DNA of 64,000 nt, taken from positions 23,516,871 through 23,580,870 of the forward strand of contig NC_092676.1 in assembly GCF_964355755.1 (NCBI RefSeq). The letters are read 5' to 3'. Shown here piece by piece: positions 58,996 through 64,000 of this stretch (position 1 is the stretch's first letter; the number at the start of each line of letters is the position of its first letter). The position numbers and the translations under genes were made by a program. The notes beneath the pieces were generated by a model, which was not told where the DNA came from, ran no database searches, and was given only the letters and a program-made list of their open reading frames with translations. This stretch comes from Antedon mediterranea (Eukaryota > Animalia > Echinodermata).

Positions 58996-61900
58996 TTACA
59001 AGCCTTGGCTAATTGCCTCGCGATACCTCTCCGATACATCCTGCCAGTTAATAATATTCCAGATAGCTTTCACATAATCTGGTCGTACGTTCTTATACTG
59101 AAGGTAGTAAGCATGCTCCCAGACATCAATGCCTAATAATGGTGTTAGCCCTGCAAAAGAAGGAATTATATAATATATAATAAACAGTTAAATAGTGTTC
59201 AATAATTACCAACAGAACATTCAAACAATTCTAATACTGAACTTTAAAGAACCTAGTACATTTTTCGAAACGAGTAGGGGGTTACCCTGGTGTACTACAG
59301 GTAGTATATACACAGCCACTGTCACACACAGACACTTAGCATAACTCATCAAGACTGAGGGCCCCTTGATTGTCAGCATACGATGTTTAGGGTCACCCTC
59401 TATAAACAAGGTGAAATAAATAAATTAAATACATTTCATTTTAGAAAGATCGTTTCACAACACGCTTTCACGTAGTGTTAGGGTACACGTTTCTGTTGTA
59501 TAGAAGGTTTCTATATATTATTATCAATATTGAAGGAATCGTTTCAGAATTAAACAGTGCTTTCAAAAATGTTCTCATAAATCACCCTTTCCCCCACCCT
59601 AGTCCTAAAGCTCTGTCTACACTATCAAACTCATCATAGTACTATTATACACCGGGTCCTCCAAGTCTTTGACTGAAGAGACACCCTAGTATAAAGAATA
59701 TATAACATAATATATAATATATGCCTAAATGTGGTTACTACGACATCATCATGTCCGTATATGGGCACATCACATTTTTTTGTCACATAAAGTTTGATAG
59801 TGTAGACAGAGCTTTAGACTCTGTATCAGCAACTATACTATTTGTACTCACCAGTTGTAGGAAGTAGAGGATCTTGATTAGGACATGTGGCTATGGTCAA
59901 TGATCCGTTTCTACTATCATAGCCTAACCATCCCCAACCAGAACCTTGTATAGCAATGGTGGCAGCAGACATCTTCTCTACCAATTTGTCAAAAGAACCA
60001 AAGTCCTTTTTGATAGCTTGAGCTAATTCACCTATCAATCAAGAGAGTAATATTACAGTTAGAATAATATTTAAATGCAATTAAACATACCACCTTGGTT
60101 GAAACTGGTGTGGATGCTTAGAATCTAAGAACTTAAAGATACTAGTTGTAAGATACTGTGGGTCTATTTAAAACCTCCTTTTACAATTTAAAAATTCAAA
60201 GTCAAATTCAGATTAATCAGTTAAAGTTACTGTACGTCTAATGGTAGTTTCATTATTGCTGTGAATTAATATTAATTAATATTATTTTCTAATTTACAAA
60301 TGCACTATCTGCCTTATTGAGGAAATTTTTCCCCTGAGCCTGAAAGAGAACCAAACATCCAGACAATCGTGGTGAACTGGGACACTCTTGGAAACTCCAG
60401 GACACTCTTGGAGACAAGACTTGTGGTCAAAAACATTTAAAAAATTGTATTGTTATATACATACACTTGAACTATTAGCAGAGAAGCAATTACAGTAAGG
60501 AGCTTGAACAGTACTTAAATATTATTACAATTTACAACATGTATAAGTTATAAATTATCAAGTCTTGTTATAAGTACATGCTTAGGCAAGATGCATAGCT
60601 TAAGTTACATGATGCTGCAGATCACCAAACGCATTAGAATCGCATAAATTTGTGTTCACTAAAACCATAAACCATTAAAAAAAAATTGTGTACAGAAATT
60701 ACTGTACATAGGTATAAAGTAATATAAGTAATTTACTAAGAGTATGATAAAATAATATATGAGTGGTATAATTACAGAATGTGATGTTCAGAAATGTGTT
60801 GATGCGACCATTTTGTCTTTGCTTAATATTTGTAATGGTAAAGTAACGGAAGTGGAAACACCGAATGTGTGTATTCATGATAATTCCATGTTATAAAATA
60901 AATACCATCACCATGGCAATATGTTAATTATGTTGACTGTCTATTCATCAGATAATTCAGTTAAAACAAATATTTATTTTATATCTTAATCAAAATATGC
61001 CTAATCTAAATATTTATTTCACCTGTTTCTATTTACTGATTTTTGATGGGCCTGTAAATAACAAACATTTTTTTTTTCAAGAAATAATACTTTGTAAATA
61101 TAATAATTATAAACAATAGCTAATGAAGTATTGAATGTAACTCACAAATAATAAATATTCATATTGAATATATGAATGTTAATGTTATGTAAATCATTAC
61201 CAACATATCCTAGCTAGTGACCTACTGAACGGTACTCACAAATAATAAATATTCATATTGAATATATGAATGTTAATGTTATGTAAATCATTACCAACAT
61301 ATCCTAGCTAGTGACCTACTGAACAGTACTCGCAAATAATAAATATTCATTATTGAATATATGAATGTTAATGTTATATGTAAATCATTACCAACATATC
61401 CTAGCTAGTGACCTACTGAACGGTACTCACAAATAATAAATATTCATATTGAATATATGAATGTTAATGTTATGTAAATCATTACCAACATATCCTAGCT
61501 AGTGACCTACTGAACGGTACTCACAAATAATAATATTCATATTGAATATATGAATGTTAATGTTATGTAAATCATTACCAACATATCCTCATGTTAAATG
61601 CAAGGTGCCAACATGGATCAGCGAAAATGATTGATGACACGAACACCATGCTAAAAAATTAAGAATTTTTTTGACCTCCCATTTCACCTTTCGGTTCTCC
61701 GCCGCCGTTTGGCGAGAGATTCTCCCAGAAAATGGAGTGATTGATATGTCCACCACCATTGAATTTCAAAGCTGGTTGAAGAGCAATCATTGCGTTCACA
61801 TTGCCTGTTGACAAAGCAAACAATTATCAATTAAGAAGTCATTATTAGAACCCCTCCTTTAGGACACCCATTTAGTGGAGGACATCATTCAGGGAACGTC

Positions 61901-63060
61901 ACTCCTATTCAGGAGAGGGCAGTCACTTTCATATGAAACGAACATAGGGAAATAAATCTTTGACCAACTCCTCCGTTGGGTCTGAAGGTGGTCCCTTAAA
62001 TAGGGGTTCTATTGTATGTACAGGTATAGTTTAGTATGTTATGAACAGTATAGAACTTGATGTCAACTACTGTTGAATAAGTACCGTAATGAACTTTAAG
62101 ATATTGTCCCATTCAAAAGGTCGCAAGCTTCTATGATTAAATGTATAAAATCCTTGATGAATTTCCTGGGGTATTCTTTATTAATTAAGTGGCCACCAAG
62201 GAGACAAAAAAATACCCATGACCTAATGAACATTATACAGTTTTAGAATAAAAATCAGTATATTAAATTCATATTATTTTATATTATTTGCAATAGCATA
62301 CATATTGTAGCCATGACCATACAAAAAATAAAAGCCTGCTTCTTGTGGTACTCCCAAAAGGGTTGCGCCAGTCATTGGCCCCTCAACACTTGCACAGACC
62401 TTTTTCTTGAGCTTCTTTTAGTTTAACCTCTGCAGCATTCAAATTAGTGACATAGGTCTGGTGATGTTTCTTGTGGTGTAGTTCCATGATATCTGCACTA
62501 ATAATAGGTGACAAGGCTGAATAATCATATGGAAGACTAGGAAGGGTGTGCTCACCCCGAACAGAGAGATGTGCAGTAAATTGCAGTGTTGGCCTAAGTA
62601 TACTGAAAAGATGAAAATCAACCCATTGAATATTGTCTTATGAGGGCATATCTAAGAAAAGATGGGAAATAAAATAGTATTTCTTCTAGGCTACTCCTTC
62701 TGTCTTGCTGTGCGTGCACAGTTACAAAAATAATATCAAAAACATATTTAATTAATAACTATACTTTTTTCTGTACTGTATGATAAGAATAGTACGATTG
62801 AGTTCTTACATGCTGACAAACATTGTGATAATACTATGTCGCACAAACCTGAACCATCCTAGGCCTAGGTATACTATAGTAAACATGTGCGCAATTCATC
62901 CAGGTCAGTCGTAAATAAAAGACGCAGCTGACCTTCTTGCTTGTTGGCAGCAGGCCTAGGCCTAGCCTATGCCTAAAACCTGGGCCTATATTTAATTGTT
63001 TTTACTATGTAAGACAACAATACATACATACCACTTTAATCCGACAGTTCTAGACAACAT
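58996..63060 (-). CDS. SOD2: Mitochondrial Mn superoxide dismutase, 224 aa, 5 exons (63032-63060, 62400-62593, 61688-61804, 59852-60031, 58996-59150)
   Basis: MLSRTVGLK presequence; [47 protein letters not shown] and [18 protein letters not shown] motifs; phases consistent. Confidence 0.97.
59606..59816. mobile_element. MITE family A with internal insertion
   Basis: Perfect TIRs TAAAGCTCTGTCTACACTATCAAACT / AGTTTGATAGTGTAGACAGAGCTTTA. Confidence 0.8.
61140..61589. repeat. Minisatellite, ~4.7 copies of a 94-bp unit in SOD2 intron 3
   Basis: CTCACAAATAATAAATATTCATATTG... starts at 61141, 61235, 61329, 61426 and 61520. Confidence 0.95.
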
Positions 63061-64000
63061 AGTGCTATTATTCTGTCCAATACACAGATGTATTGAAGTA
63101 TTTGCGTGTCGAAAAGTTCCACTTTTTGTCAAATCTCTCGATGCCCGATCGGTTTTATGCAGGGATTAGGGCGCCCTCACATTTTCTCGTCGCTTTATTG
63201 TGTGCCCTCATTGTTAGTACTGTATAGCCACAAACTTGGAATTCCCAACCGCTTTACATTTCCTTAGATTCCAGAGTCGGAAAACATTTCTTGATGTATA
63301 GAACGCTCTTTATCATTGTCTGTCATCACATTATCTTTATCATACTCTGGATAGACATATCTTTTGTTATCAATATAATCTTCATAATTATCCTCATTTT
63401 ATTATGTCTCTTCATCACTCAGCATGTTAAAATATGGATCATCAATCATCAACGTTCATAGCATTTTTATATTGAGTATAACACGACAGTATTATATGAA
63501 TAATAACAGAATATATGTGACTTTATGAGTGACACAAAAAATGACACTCTCTTTATTCGCATTTTAAAATAGTACATTTTGGACTTATTATATATCTTCG
63601 AAATATGAAACACAAATCTCCAGGACCAGGATTACCATGGCTGGGACTGAGCTAAGAACATTTTGAAATAGTGTTGTCATTAGGTCAGCGGAAAATGAAC
63701 TTATTATACTTCGAGATATGAAAAGAAATGTATTATGCAGGACCAGCTCTGTGGTGTTTAGGGCTGAGCTAAGAAAACTATTGTTACGTTACAAATACTA
63801 AAATGAGTAGGCCTAGCAAAGGAGCGATAATATTCTTCACAATACACAACAAGGCATGGTTTACATAGTGGCATAAGAAAAGAAACTAAGCGGATCGAAG
63901 AGGATATTAACACATTTTTTTACTCTATGGTCCGACTCCTTAAAAAAAACTCGGACTAGACATCTCTAAAATAATATACGGTAGTTACCACGAAATATCA

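Noticed and set aside
63265-63425. Acidic reading frame on the minus strand upstream of SOD2
   Set aside because: Interrupted by stops, low complexity and unidentifiable.

Overview
AT-rich, intron-rich animal genomic DNA; the gene set, intron positions and SINE families suggest an invertebrate deuterostome such as an echinoderm (inference). Exons were assembled by hand from GT-AG sites with consistent phases into six genes: ISCU (-) head-to-head with an FDX1/adrenodoxin-type ferredoxin (+), with only 174 bp between the start codons; a full ezrin/radixin/moesin (ERM) gene (+, 558 aa); an intact 93-aa two-exon gene made only of an ERM C-terminal tail, 13 kb downstream of ERM; a PH-domain plus capping-protein-interaction-motif gene (CKIP-1/PLEKHO-like, -); and mitochondrial MnSOD (SOD2, -). 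Introns and intergenic DNA hold many MITEs, SINEs with 5S or tRNA heads, a three-tier nested 4.1-kb TIR element, tandem repeats and apparent Tc1/mariner excision footprints. The best candidate for a novel system is the stand-alone ERM-tail microprotein, which lacks the regulatory phospho-threonine. Most entries in the supplied ORF track are spurious or single exons.
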